From positions 1 through 64,000 of the IMG/VR virus record IMGVR_UViG_3300037882_004081: 64,000 nt of DNA; one strand, written 5' to 3'. Under the pieces are notes generated by a model. It saw only the letters and a list, made by a program, of their open reading frames with translations. It had not been told where the DNA came from and did no database searches. Made by a program: the position numbers and the translations under genes. How positions within the stretch are numbered: position 1 is the stretch's first letter; each line of letters starts with the position of its first letter. Source of the stretch: a virus. Below, piece after piece: positions 44,402 to 54,596 of the stretch.

Positions 44402-45419
44402 TCACGAGGGTTCCGAGAGCCCCTTTGGTGCGGTCTTCAGTGAGCGTCCACAGGTGTTGCGCGTAAGTGATGTCTTCGATGTGGTCCTCGAAGTCATCGG
44501 TGTCGTAAACCGAAATGCCAAGGGTGCGCACAATGCCGGTCACTGCACCCTCGCCGATCGTCGTCACATAGTTGATTTCGAAGCTCCCCGGCACATAAGC
44601 GTCATCGGTCATCGTGAAGTTGTTGGCGTTGGTACGCCCCGCCACGTTGGTTCCACTGGCATCAGGCCAAGCGGGTGCCACGATCTCATCGGCCAACACG
44701 AACAGCCGGAAGAATCGCTGATCCCCACCCGCACTGGTACGGCGTGATGGCTCACAGATAACCGCGTGACCGGCGTCCGCTGAATCGTCCATCCCGGCAA
44801 CGCTGGCGTTGTATCCGGCAGTGCCAAATGGGAATGGCACAACGTTCCACCAGAGTAGCGCGGGAACTGCCATAGTGCTTTCCCACCCTGTTCCACTGAT
44901 CCCAAGCCCGACCGCTGATCTTGTCGAGGCGTTCCTTACCACCAACGTGACTTCGAAAATGAGCCTGAGTCTCCGCCCCGGTGACACGGGTATCGATGGA
45001 AGGAGAGCCCTTGCGAACAAGTTGTCCCCAGCACTTCCTTGACTCGAAATCCCGCACTCGCGATAGGTGGTAAGGGCGACCGGGGTTGCGAAGTCGAAGC
45101 AGCGCCTGAATAACACGCGGTCATTCGCCGAGTCGTTCAGATTGTCGCACGATTGCAGCGTCTCCGCCCCGACCACCCAGTCAAACACCGCGTAGTCGTT
45201 GGTCCTTGATTCTTCGTCGATGAGCCCCTCTTGCACGATAGATGGGGCAGTGCCATCCAAGCCAGCTGCCGCATACTTGAGTTGTTCCCACCAACACTCG
45301 TCAACTAGGCGGTCTAGCCCGGAATTGATGATGGTACAGGTTTGCCACCCGGTCTCAAATAGGACCGCATCAACATCGTTGATCACGAAGGCTTTAACAC
45401 GATTGGCGGCGGTGATCAT
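44370..45419 (-). CDS. Baseplate/fibre-attachment-like structural protein, related to 12312-12941
   Basis: CTIINSGLD...YRECGI...NLFARALL...LRLIFEV; start re-assigned to MITAAN (ATGA overlap). Confidence 0.65.
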   Translation of the reverse strand: MITAANRVKAFVINDVDAVLFETGWQTCTIINSGLDRLVDECWWEQLKYAAAGLDGTAPSIVQEGLIDEESRTNDYAVFDWVVGAETLQSCDNLNDSANDRVLFRRCFDFATPVALTTYRECGISSQGSAGDNLFARALLPSIPVSPGRRLRLIFEVTLVVRNASTRSAVGLGISGTGWESTMAVPALLWWNVVPFPFGTAGYNASVAGMDDSADAGHAVICEPSRRTSAGGDQRFFRLFVLADEIVAPAWPDASGTNVAGRTNANNFTMTDDAYVPGSFEINYVTTIGEGAVTGIVRTLGISVYDTDDFEDHIEDITYAQHLWTLTEDRTKGALGTLVINTKIAWGRA

Positions 45420-47158
45420 CCAGATATGGTTGGTGGTGGTCCTGGTGACGGAATCGCGGATTCCGTCACAATGGTGGTGAGCAAAGTCTGCATGTCCGTA
45501 GGCCACACGTTCACACGCTCCGCTGGAAGAAATGCTGTTCCGTCGGTCGTATATGAAGCGCCGGGGAGGGTCATCGAGTATCTGTTCCGCATGTAAAACG
45601 CGCCGAGGTCGTAAAACTCACCATCCGGGTGACCGTCTGGGACGCCATCTCCGGGAGCGGTCGTCGAATAAACAGTCCCGGTGTCGGCCTCAGTGACTGT
45701 GACCGCCCCGCCCAACATGGTCTTTTCGCGATTCTGCCCGTTCCAAGCGCTATATTCAGAGATTCCTGTGTCCAGCGCAACCAGTTCGATACCGTCGGGG
45801 TGGTCGTCATACGCCCAAGGGTACGTGGCTTCAACGATCGTACTAACCTGTCTAGAGTGGAACTCTACGTAGAACCCGCCAGCGCTGGATGAAATGCGCA
45901 CGTAGAACCTGACATCCTTGGCGATTCTTCTTAGGTACCACCCCATTCCGGTGTTGAATTCAAACAGCGCAGTTTGTGACTCAATCACCGCATGGGTGGC
46001 AGAATTTCGAAGTTGGATGGTGAGGGTGATGTCTGAGAAACTGTTTGACCCAATAGCGCCCATACTAGCCGGTGGTATGGTGTGGGAGATGTTGTTCGAA
46101 CCACCGCCAGTCCGTCTAGCTAATACCAGTCCAAGATCATCGTCCACCACGTCACTTGCCGGGCTTGGATTGGTGGTGTCGAACGGGTCGTTGACAAATA
46201 TGAGCACAAAAAGCTGCTCTTCCTCCGGTGGTGGGGCGATCGTATGATCCACCACGAGTGGGTCTGGGTATGGCTTCAACGAATAGGAGTACCCGCACGT
46301 GGTTGATAGGAATTGAACTTCCCCACCTCCGTCGTCAACGGTCCAATAAAAAGGTCCGTAGAGGGAGGCGGCAGCAACTTCCAGAGTGTCACCAACCCCA
46401 ACCCCGTAAACCTGGGTGTCAACGAGTGTTCCGCCCGGATAAGTCGAATCACCCGTGTAAAGGCGGAATGTGACGGTGCCAGCGGACAGCACGTTGAACA
46501 GGTGGTACTCAGTGGTGCACCAGTAAAACGGATCTGGCGTGGAGTCCACATATGAACCGCTTGGGATCAGCCACCCGACAAAGGCGTCTGTGCCAGCGTG
46601 CTCCGGTTCTGGTTCATCGGTGCCAGCACCCCATTTGGTGATTAGACAGTCAGCAAGCGCTTGACGCTGGTCCGCATCGGTCATTGCGAACCTCAGGAAC
46701 GCGAGTTCGCAAAACTCCAGAGTAGCACCGAACCCAGAATCGTCAAGTGAGCCAATGCGAAAGTCGTCACGGTGGTTTTCAACGGATGCCGCATTGTCCG
46801 CGTCCACGAGAGCCCATGACTGATAGGAGTCTTCACGATACAGGTGGACCTGAAGCACTTCGTCGTCTTCAAGGTCTCCCATGACAAGCATCCACACCGA
46901 CCTCCCGTCCGGTGGTTCAAGTCCAAATTCCAGAGTGTGGAAACCGACACGGAAATGACAGGTCCACAAACCTCCAGTTCGTTCGAACCAAAATCCCAGT
47001 CCCGGTGGTGCAAGCTCCCAAGCCCACCCAAGGACTGGCAACAAATCCTCTCCTGGTTGTCCACCAAACACGTCCACCACCAACACCAGCGTCATGGCGT
47101 CCGTAAGCCCCCAATCGCGGAGCTTTGCAGAAGGAATGGCGAAGGTGGTGGTAGCCAT
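45416..47158 (-). CDS. Tail fibre/appendage protein; N-terminus resembles the second half of a LamG-like domain
   Basis: FRIGS...FCELAFLRFAMTDADQRQALADCLITKWG. Confidence 0.6.
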   Translation of the reverse strand: MATTTFAIPSAKLRDWGLTDAMTLVLVVDVFGGQPGEDLLPVLGWAWELAPPGLGFWFERTGGLWTCHFRVGFHTLEFGLEPPDGRSVWMLVMGDLEDDEVLQVHLYREDSYQSWALVDADNAASVENHRDDFRIGSLDDSGFGATLEFCELAFLRFAMTDADQRQALADCLITKWGAGTDEPEPEHAGTDAFVGWLIPSGSYVDSTPDPFYWCTTEYHLFNVLSAGTVTFRLYTGDSTYPGGTLVDTQVYGVGVGDTLEVAAASLYGPFYWTVDDGGGEVQFLSTTCGYSYSLKPYPDPLVVDHTIAPPPEEEQLFVLIFVNDPFDTTNPSPASDVVDDDLGLVLARRTGGGSNNISHTIPPASMGAIGSNSFSDITLTIQLRNSATHAVIESQTALFEFNTGMGWYLRRIAKDVRFYVRISSSAGGFYVEFHSRQVSTIVEATYPWAYDDHPDGIELVALDTGISEYSAWNGQNREKTMLGGAVTVTEADTGTVYSTTAPGDGVPDGHPDGEFYDLGAFYMRNRYSMTLPGASYTTDGTAFLPAERVNVWPTDMQTLLTTIVTESAIPSPGPPPTISG

Positions 47159-49887
47159 CAGTAGATACCAATGCTCATGGAGGCGGCGGTCGGGAACGTT
47201 CCCGCCGAATATGAAGCGAGTTGCTGGCCAGTCGGGAATGTGAATGGAGTGGCCAGCGGCACAGTGCCCTGGATTGCGCTGATCAATGACGAAGAAACAG
47301 TCTGACTGAAGACATCGGTGATGTCGTAGAGCTGCACCAAAATGCCATCGCCGCTACCCTCTCCGGTGTGCCATACCGAAGCTCCCTCTGTCCACGTGAT
47401 GCCGGTAACGCCCGTCATATCAACTGGCACCGTCTGCACCAACACTCCGTCTTCACGAACACGCGTGTTCCTCATGCCGGTACCACCGCCAGTGTAGGCC
47501 AACTGTCCAGCCGCCAAATAGTGGATCACATCGCTAGTGAGCGCGAATGCCCCGAAAATCGCCCCGGCTACCGTGTCACTGTATGGAAGAGTGCCAGTAC
47601 CATCAGCCACACCGCCATATTCCGGTGTTCCCGTCGAATACCAGACCATGCGAATGACACCGGGAGAGGCGTCTGCTCGCACTTCGATTTTGAATGGGTT
47701 GGTACGCGACATCCTGCCGAACTTGACCCCATTCAGCGCTGACATCGTCACATTCTCCGTGGAAACCAGCGTATAAGACCCCAGCACGTAGTCGTAAATG
47801 CTGAAGGTGAGCATCGAGGTGACGGTAATCTGCATGGAGGAACTGTGGTTGGTTGATCCAGCCCACTGTTCCCCGGTAGCATATGCAGTACCAGCGGACC
47901 TCCGATAGATCACGACAAACCCGTCGGTCTCAGTCGTCCCGTCCACGATCACCGCTGTCCCACTGTCCTCATTGACGTATCCAGATGAACCAAAGTGAAG
48001 GATGTAGTACGGAATGACAGGATCGCTTTCGCTGTAAGAGCCAGTGAGTTCCCACTCCACCTCCAGATCCCGCCCGGTGTGCTCGGGCGGTTGGGTGTAG
48101 ACATCCGAACCAAATAGGAGACTCGAAATTCCTCCGGGTGGCTCTCTCAGAATTGGTGCCTCGACGAGAGACTGCGAAATCGCGTTCCTAGATCTTCCCG
48201 ATCTGTCTTCCAATAAGAGGATCGAGTCCCCGTCATCGTATACCGCACCAAGGCAACTCGCATCTAGCCAAGCAACCAAAGCGTCAGTGGTGGTCTCGGG
48301 CACCTGGATGTCGAGAAGCTCGCACATTTCGGTGTTGCATCCTTCGAGCGTGCAATAGTCGATCGAGCTACCGGGCACATTTTGCGACCCCGAATCACGA
48401 CAATACCCGCGCACCAAGTCGATAGCCCCATCGACGTTGCCCTCTTCGCCGTTGTTGAGCACGATGTCAACCGGGTATCCGTGTTCGGGGATTTGGGACG
48501 CTGGGATGGTGACGACCCCTATCTGCATCACGTAGTTGCCAGACCGATTCTGTGTGATAGGGGCAGACAGCGCCACCTCCCACGTCGAGGTGTTGCGGGG
48601 TCTTGGCCAGGACAGAAGCAGAGGACTGTTGGCAATCAGGAACGCGGGGGACGCAGCAACCTTGCTATCCTGGTTCCTCGACTGTGATGCGTCGAGCAAC
48701 TGAGGTACAGGTATGCAGATGTGCGAAAGCGGACTGTACAGCCCAGATACGACCGCATTCCAAGTTTCAACCGGACAGATCCTCGTGCCCCACTTTTCCG
48801 GGGTAAGTGCAAACGGTCGACAGTTAACGATGATGGAGCTAGCGGGCGACGAACTTGTGACTAACACCACCTCCCTAATTTCAAGAGCATCCCACGAGTC
48901 TGAGATCGAAGGCGACAGAAGCGTCATCACGATCACATTGTCGCCGCTCTTGATTTGGTCAGTCACGTCCAGCACGCTCCCGCTGAACCACGCCAAATAG
49001 TGTCCGTTGAGAATGAACTGAACTGACTGTGTGCCTTCCCAGTTGGCACCACCGGAACCAGTCAGGAAATACCGGTAGTCGCTGTTCTTGGTCGGCACCC
49101 CGCCTTGTTCATTCGGGAAGTCCTCCAGATTGAAGGTGACCGGAGCGGGTGCAGTATCGACGCCAGCGTCGAAGAGGTCGAGCCCACCTTCCGCAGACCG
49201 ATATGACCACTGGTTCTCGGGAATGCTATCGGGGAACTCACTGTCTGATCTCCGCACCACCATCTGCTGATTTGGATAATATGCCGGGTCGGAGTCATCG
49301 GGTTCCAGTGCCACCACGCCGAACATCGAGTTCCATGATTCGAGCCGGTAACCAACAATCGCGGATTCATCGGGACCCCAGTAAGATGGGAGTGCGTGGG
49401 TCGCGTAGATGAACCCTTCTGGCCACAGGTGGGAAGCGGTGAAGGAGTGGGATGGGACCGTCAGGACCGTCGTCTGCTGCCAGACAAGTTCCAGAAGGGC
49501 ATCTCGGAGCCCGTCTAGCCGTTCGGGGATCGAGCTACCGGGGGCAGCGAACGGAAGGCTTCCTGGGTCAACAGGAAGCCAAGAAGACCGGTCTAGCCAT
49601 AATGGCGCAATCGCAATAATGGCGGACTGAACGTCATCGAGCCACGCAGACCATATCGAGACGTCGGAAGCCCCCTCTGCTAGCACCTGCTCGTAGTTTA
49701 CCTCCGGCATCACTGTTCCACCCAATTCGGTGGTAGGCACCGGAACACCAAGTGCGGCGTTGCGTTCCAGCAACCCGCACCACACCGCCACTGCGGCTCG
49801 CCAGTCAACCCGACCACCCGGACCCCACCCCGCAGCACGAATGCGGGGTCTGGATGGCTGTTGATGAATGGGCGAGTTCGCGTCCAC
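47158..49887 (-). CDS. Large acidic multi-domain tail fibre/appendage protein
   Basis: 909 aa, beta-rich; jelly-roll-like FILNG...LDVTDQIKSGDNVI; LVAWLDAS...EDRSGRSRNA. Confidence 0.65.
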   Translation of the reverse strand: MDANSPIHQQPSRPRIRAAGWGPGGRVDWRAAVAVWCGLLERNAALGVPVPTTELGGTVMPEVNYEQVLAEGASDVSIWSAWLDDVQSAIIAIAPLWLDRSSWLPVDPGSLPFAAPGSSIPERLDGLRDALLELVWQQTTVLTVPSHSFTASHLWPEGFIYATHALPSYWGPDESAIVGYRLESWNSMFGVVALEPDDSDPAYYPNQQMVVRRSDSEFPDSIPENQWSYRSAEGGLDLFDAGVDTAPAPVTFNLEDFPNEQGGVPTKNSDYRYFLTGSGGANWEGTQSVQFILNGHYLAWFSGSVLDVTDQIKSGDNVIVMTLLSPSISDSWDALEIREVVLVTSSSPASSIIVNCRPFALTPEKWGTRICPVETWNAVVSGLYSPLSHICIPVPQLLDASQSRNQDSKVAASPAFLIANSPLLLSWPRPRNTSTWEVALSAPITQNRSGNYVMQIGVVTIPASQIPEHGYPVDIVLNNGEEGNVDGAIDLVRGYCRDSGSQNVPGSSIDYCTLEGCNTEMCELLDIQVPETTTDALVAWLDASCLGAVYDDGDSILLLEDRSGRSRNAISQSLVEAPILREPPGGISSLLFGSDVYTQPPEHTGRDLEVEWELTGSYSESDPVIPYYILHFGSSGYVNEDSGTAVIVDGTTETDGFVVIYRRSAGTAYATGEQWAGSTNHSSSMQITVTSMLTFSIYDYVLGSYTLVSTENVTMSALNGVKFGRMSRTNPFKIEVRADASPGVIRMVWYSTGTPEYGGVADGTGTLPYSDTVAGAIFGAFALTSDVIHYLAAGQLAYTGGGTGMRNTRVREDGVLVQTVPVDMTGVTGITWTEGASVWHTGEGSGDGILVQLYDITDVFSQTVSSSLISAIQGTVPLATPFTFPTGQQLASYSAGTFPTAASMSIGIY

Positions 49888-49894
49888 TCCAGAC

Positions 49895-51313
49895 CTACCT
49901 GCCTCCGGAGATTTGGCTCAGTTCATCCTGAAGAGCATCAAGGTCCGGACCGGCGTACCCAAAGGCACCACCGGCAGCGGGTTGGGACTGCTCAGCGGCT
50001 TGGAGGTCAGCGATGGTGCGAGCCACGGTGTCCTCGACTTCGTCGGATTCACCATCTTGGCCTTCACCACTTTCCTCGTCACCTTCCGTATTACCCCAGG
50101 CGCTGATGTCCCCGGTAATGCAGGTTCGCTGCCAATCGAGCAGCGCCAGCCAGCACGGGCTCTTGGGATTCATGGCGGCATACTGGTTTTTGTCGGGGAA
50201 CTGCTCCATGAACACATCCGGCCACTCCTTGCGAGTGAACTTTGGTGCCCCAGGAATTTGGCGACGCTGACCCTCTTCGAACGTGTAGAACGTGTAAACG
50301 CCATTCGCGCCGTCAATCAGCTTGATGGAACGAAGTGCTTCCCACGTGGTCCACAAATCGGAGAGACCCGACGCGTACTTGCCGTGCGATTGGTAGGTCA
50401 GAACAAGCTCCAAACGCCGTTCCGGCATGAACAGCCGGTTTTTGACGATCGAAGCCCGCACCACGTGCCCGTTGCTGGGCGGCTTGGGCTTGTCGGAGGA
50501 CACCGTAGGCGAGGTCTTCCCGTTCTGCATCCAATAGCGCTGGGCATACTGAAGGTGAATCCGGTAGTCTTGCCGGTGGTGGAACGCATGACCACCGGGA
50601 CTTTTGATGTCACCCGGCGATTCGAGGTTTTCCCGCGCCTCGTTGATCCACATGAGGAACGCGTTGGTCTTATCGAGCATCGTACGAACCTCGTTGATCG
50701 TCTGTGATAAGATCGCCGGGATTTCGCTGTACTGCGACTTCTGACCTAGCTTGGTCGTATCCTCAACCCGCTTTTTAGGGTCGAAGCTGGCCAAACTGTC
50801 AATCAGGATGAAGAGCGGTTCCGGCGTCTTTTCCTTGTACAGCTTGAGCATCAGCTTGAGCAACGATGCGATCAGCGACTCCAAGGAGTGTGGACGCGCA
50901 ATGACCATGCGCGGGTTGGCAGAGTCGCGAGCCCCCAGGATATGAGGCTTGCTGACCAGAAGCTCTTCCATGAGAGCCCGCTCCTTGTCGTAACACATCG
51001 CGAGGCTGAACCGTTCGCGGAGTTGATACAGGAACCGGTCCAGCACCAGCTGTGACAGTTCCGACTTGCCGGACTTGTTGACCCCATAGACTTCGGCCAT
51101 TTTGGTGGCACCGAATCCACGCCCCAACTTGTCGATCGCCAAGTCGAGACAGGCGAGTCCGGAGCGGAAGTGATAGGGTGGTTCAAGGATTGTGATTTCC
51201 CCGTTCCAGTGTTCGGCGGTGTCCATCTTGCCGACAAAGTCGAGCGATTTGAACACACTGCCACGCGTTTCCTCGCCTGCCGCCTTTTTGGCGGCTGCTG
51301 TTTTAGAAGCCAT
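49895..51313 (-). CDS. RecA/UvsX-like recombinase
   Basis: SGLACLDLAI, Walker A EVYGVNKSGKS, YDKE, ILIDSLA, INEAR, SPGGHA, IVKNR. Confidence 0.9.
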   Translation of the reverse strand: MASKTAAAKKAAGEETRGSVFKSLDFVGKMDTAEHWNGEITILEPPYHFRSGLACLDLAIDKLGRGFGATKMAEVYGVNKSGKSELSQLVLDRFLYQLRERFSLAMCYDKERALMEELLVSKPHILGARDSANPRMVIARPHSLESLIASLLKLMLKLYKEKTPEPLFILIDSLASFDPKKRVEDTTKLGQKSQYSEIPAILSQTINEVRTMLDKTNAFLMWINEARENLESPGDIKSPGGHAFHHRQDYRIHLQYAQRYWMQNGKTSPTVSSDKPKPPSNGHVVRASIVKNRLFMPERRLELVLTYQSHGKYASGLSDLWTTWEALRSIKLIDGANGVYTFYTFEEGQRRQIPGAPKFTRKEWPDVFMEQFPDKNQYAAMNPKSPCWLALLDWQRTCITGDISAWGNTEGDEESGEGQDGESDEVEDTVARTIADLQAAEQSQPAAGGAFGYAGPDLDALQDELSQISGGR

Positions 51314-51336
51314 AACCTGTTAGTGTGTGGGTTGGC

Positions 51337-52395
51337 TTACTCCGCGCCAGTAATGGCAGCGAGTTCTTTGAGCAGCGAGAGGTTGGTTCCGGAACCATCA
51401 CCCATTGGAATCTGGTCCGCCTCCATGGCGGCAGCGGAAGCTGCCGGTGGTGCTGGATTGGAAACGGCGGCGGTACGGCTCGGAGGGAGCGTTGGAGCGG
51501 TCCGTGGTGGTCCGGCCTCACCGGGCATCCGGAACGCCATTCCACCCGTAGCTCCACGGGAAGATCCGGGACCGGAACCACTGAGTTCGGAACGGTTGCC
51601 ACGATCGCGGCGACCAGCCCTCACATCGTCCACGAGTTTATCGAAGCTCGCTTGAAGCATCGGTTGCTGTTCCAGCATTTGGTCGAGCAGGAACTTCTCC
51701 AGATCGGTCGCCGAACTGAGGATGTTCTGGATGTCGGGCGGGGTGCTGGCGATCGGAGATGGGGCCTGCAGGGTGAACATGAAGGTGTTATGCCCCTGAC
51801 CGTTTTTACCACGGATCATTTCGAGGTCCGATCCGTTCACCGGATGAATGAAGTCGTCCTTCGCGTTGGTGACGCGGTCGATGTAAAGCGTGATGAGTTC
51901 ACGGAAAGCAGCACGGTGGGCGAACCACTTGAGCACCACCCCATCAACTTTGACGTTCATGAGGTTGGCCTCTTGGAAGTTGAGGTTCCGTTTGAGACCG
52001 GCTTGAGCGAAGTCGTTTTTGATGACATCGCGGCGTTCGCAGAACGGGCAGTGGGTGGCCAGTGTGCTTCCACCTTCAAAGTCGCGATTCCCGGCCTTGC
52101 CGCGAAGCTCCTGATTGATGGGACAGAGGAACGCGATGTCCATCGGATCGCGACCGGGTTCAGGTGGGCGAGGATCGGGAGCCCAGTGTTGAACGAGTGG
52201 GATGTGAAACTTCTTGCCAATGGAACCGAAGCTTCCGGGAAGCACGCGGATCAAGTACTTCTTACCTTCAATGGGCTTGAATACGTCCTGATCGCCTTGA
52301 GCGGCTGCTTTGTCTCCGCCGTATGAGGCGAGAAGCTCTGGATCAATGCCGAGTGCTTCGGCGGCGGCGAGTTGTTCTTTTGTGAAGTGTTGCAT
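51337..52395 (-). CDS. Single-stranded DNA-binding protein, T4 gp32-like
   Basis: FKP..G.YLIRVLP, QHW, LCP...CPFCE zinc site, DFIHPVNGSDL.M.R. Confidence 0.85.
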   Translation of the reverse strand: MQHFTKEQLAAAEALGIDPELLASYGGDKAAAQGDQDVFKPIEGKKYLIRVLPGSFGSIGKKFHIPLVQHWAPDPRPPEPGRDPMDIAFLCPINQELRGKAGNRDFEGGSTLATHCPFCERRDVIKNDFAQAGLKRNLNFQEANLMNVKVDGVVLKWFAHRAAFRELITLYIDRVTNAKDDFIHPVNGSDLEMIRGKNGQGHNTFMFTLQAPSPIASTPPDIQNILSSATDLEKFLLDQMLEQQPMLQASFDKLVDDVRAGRRDRGNRSELSGSGPGSSRGATGGMAFRMPGEAGPPRTAPTLPPSRTAAVSNPAPPAASAAAMEADQIPMGDGSGTNLSLLKELAAITGAE

Positions 52396-52509
52396 ATGTG
52401 GTGTTTCAGTTACGATTTGGTCTTGTTGTTCGATTTGGTCTATTGGGTCTATTTTCGGCCCAGACAGGCCGGATTCAACAGAACGCCCACCGCAAGCACC
52501 ACATGTGTG
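52396..52509 (-). promoter_or_regulatory. Candidate translational operator of the SSB gene (H-type pseudoknot plus A/C-rich repeats)
   Basis: CGGCC-T-GTCTG-GGCCG-AAAA-TAGAC at 52447-52471, followed by repeated AGACC/GACCAAATCG. Confidence 0.55.
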
Positions 52510-52980
52510 TTAGCGTGACCTCAAATCGGTGCGCCGATCGGCACCCCACGAAATCAGCATGCTGTGCCTGATCTGCAACCCTACCAAACCAGCTTTGAGT
52601 GCACCTTCAACCTTCTCCCACTGCCACAAGCTTTCATAGGCTTCGATGACCTTCGGGCGAATGGGAAGCTGGCGATTCACAAACGCATCGGTGACCCTGA
52701 TCCCGCTAGTTTGGAAGTAGTGGTCACGGAGCCAGTTCGATTCTTCCGCTTCCACACGTTTGATCCAACGCTCGGATGCCTTCACCTGCAATTCGGCAAG
52801 CGTCACCTGATACTGTAAAGTGGCCTGCCATTCCGCTTGATTCGCGTAAGCTTGGTCGAGATTGTCCGGGTTGAGCGTGAGCAACTCCCGGAGAGGAATT
52901 TGCATGCTGGGCTCAATCGTCAGAGGAACCGGGATGAGTTCTGGTGCGGGTCTCATTCCCGCTTCGGTATAGACGTTCAT
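52510..52980 (-). CDS. UvsY-like recombination mediator
   Basis: Helical, about 156 aa; LNPDNLD...LISWGADRR; lies between helicase and SSB. Confidence 0.6.
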   Translation of the reverse strand: MNVYTEAGMRPAPELIPVPLTIEPSMQIPLRELLTLNPDNLDQAYANQAEWQATLQYQVTLAELQVKASERWIKRVEAEESNWLRDHYFQTSGIRVTDAFVNRQLPIRPKVIEAYESLWQWEKVEGALKAGLVGLQIRHSMLISWGADRRTDLRSR

Positions 52981-54596
52981 GCTACTGTTAGTGATTTTCG
53001 CCACCATGGCGGGAAGAACCTGCGTGACCTCTCATAGAAGGTCTTGAAGTTCTCGTCAAGGATGATCGAAACGCCCCAGTCATCATTGCTCCGCACCACT
53101 CGCCCACAGGCTTGCACGATGGTCTTGGCGATGGTCCAGTCGTACCAGTCGGGGTCAACCTGTTTGCGGCGTCTCACCCAGGAGTCACCGAGGTATGGGT
53201 ACGGCACCTTCGCGATCACCGAGAACCTTCCTTTATCACCCTTAAGGTCGATACCTTCGGTCGCACTCGGACTGATGAGCACACCGGCTGGCGTCATCTG
53301 GTGGCGCATGGTGACCGAAGCGGCGTTGTCATTGGGGACGTGCAACACCAACCGGTCGATGTAGCCGAGGGATTTGAGCCCCGCAAAGATCTTCGCGGCC
53401 AGCGCAAAGCTGTGCGTGTGGATCACACCCCTCATGCCGTTGAACTGGTTGTCGAGCAATCGCGCCAGAGCCGTGATCATCTTGGGCAGTGTGTCCGCCA
53501 TCATTTCCTTGCTCATCTTGCCGACGGGCGCATAGTAAACGGGTCGGTTGCTAACTTCGAACGGGGAGTCCAAAACCATCGAGCTATGATGCTCAAGACC
53601 GAGCCACCCCGCCATCAACTGGGAATCCAACACTGTCGCACTCGTCATGAACAAGTTGTACTGTTTTTGCAGACCCTTGAAGGCGAATTGGATGCCGAGC
53701 GGCTTGAGCCGGAATCCCGCGTAATACTCCTGCTGGTCATCCTCGTACTCAAGGTCAAGCACCCAGTCGTCCCCCTCTTCAATAGACTCCAGGATCGTGT
53801 TGGCTTGGTGGACGAACGTGGAGCACCGATCAAGGGTGGTGGCAGCAGCTTGGTCAAGTGGGGTGTCAGAGGTTTCCTCTTGGAGCGAAAGAAGCTCCAC
53901 GATCGCGGTCGCCTTTGGTAAGTGTAGTCGGAGAAGCGCGTAAGCCTCTTCCTCCGTCCGCGGTAGTCCGGGTTCCTCGCCCCAACACTTGGTGACCTGT
54001 GACCTCACGAAGATCGTTGACACGTCGGCCAGCGCAGTCGGGAGGTGGTGAAACTCGTCAAACAGCAACCACGAGTGAGGTGGGTGCTGTGCCTTCAGGT
54101 AGTTGAGCAGGAATGCGTAGTTGGTGAGTCCAATCCGAGAATTCAGGAACTGATTCCTCGCGATCACGTATGGACAAAACGCCATATCCTTGTCGATCTT
54201 TTTGCACGCCGTCTTACCGGTCTTGCAGTTCCTGATTTCTCCCTGCGTCGTGCCACGGTTGTTGCAGATATAGTTCTGCGCACCCTTCAGGAGCCTCATC
54301 TCCTGGATTTCCGCTTGGTACTGCTCCTGCAGCTGGATTGTGGGAGTGACGACAATCCCGCGTTGCCAAGTCGCTATGGAACTGGTCAGACGGCTCTTAC
54401 CAACCCCACACGGGGCTTCCAGGATCAAAACCGGGCGTTTGGTGGGGTCTGATTCCTTCAGCGCCTTGACTTCCCCGCTGATCCACTGGAGTGCGGATAC
54501 CTGAGTATCGCGTGGTGGCTGATCAAAAGTCCATTCGATTTCGGTACCTTCAACGAATTGCTTGGTGGGTTGGGCGGGTGGTGGTAACTCGTTCAT
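52977..54596 (-). CDS. DinG/Rad3-family DNA helicase
   Basis: EAPCGVGKS, LQEQY, LKG.QNY.C with four Cys, FDEFHHL, TSAT, EGIDL.GD, KVPYP, QACGRVVRS.DDWG. Confidence 0.93.
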   Translation of the reverse strand: MNELPPPAQPTKQFVEGTEIEWTFDQPPRDTQVSALQWISGEVKALKESDPTKRPVLILEAPCGVGKSRLTSSIATWQRGIVVTPTIQLQEQYQAEIQEMRLLKGAQNYICNNRGTTQGEIRNCKTGKTACKKIDKDMAFCPYVIARNQFLNSRIGLTNYAFLLNYLKAQHPPHSWLLFDEFHHLPTALADVSTIFVRSQVTKCWGEEPGLPRTEEEAYALLRLHLPKATAIVELLSLQEETSDTPLDQAAATTLDRCSTFVHQANTILESIEEGDDWVLDLEYEDDQQEYYAGFRLKPLGIQFAFKGLQKQYNLFMTSATVLDSQLMAGWLGLEHHSSMVLDSPFEVSNRPVYYAPVGKMSKEMMADTLPKMITALARLLDNQFNGMRGVIHTHSFALAAKIFAGLKSLGYIDRLVLHVPNDNAASVTMRHQMTPAGVLISPSATEGIDLKGDKGRFSVIAKVPYPYLGDSWVRRRKQVDPDWYDWTIAKTIVQACGRVVRSNDDWGVSIILDENFKTFYERSRRFFPPWWRKSLTVA

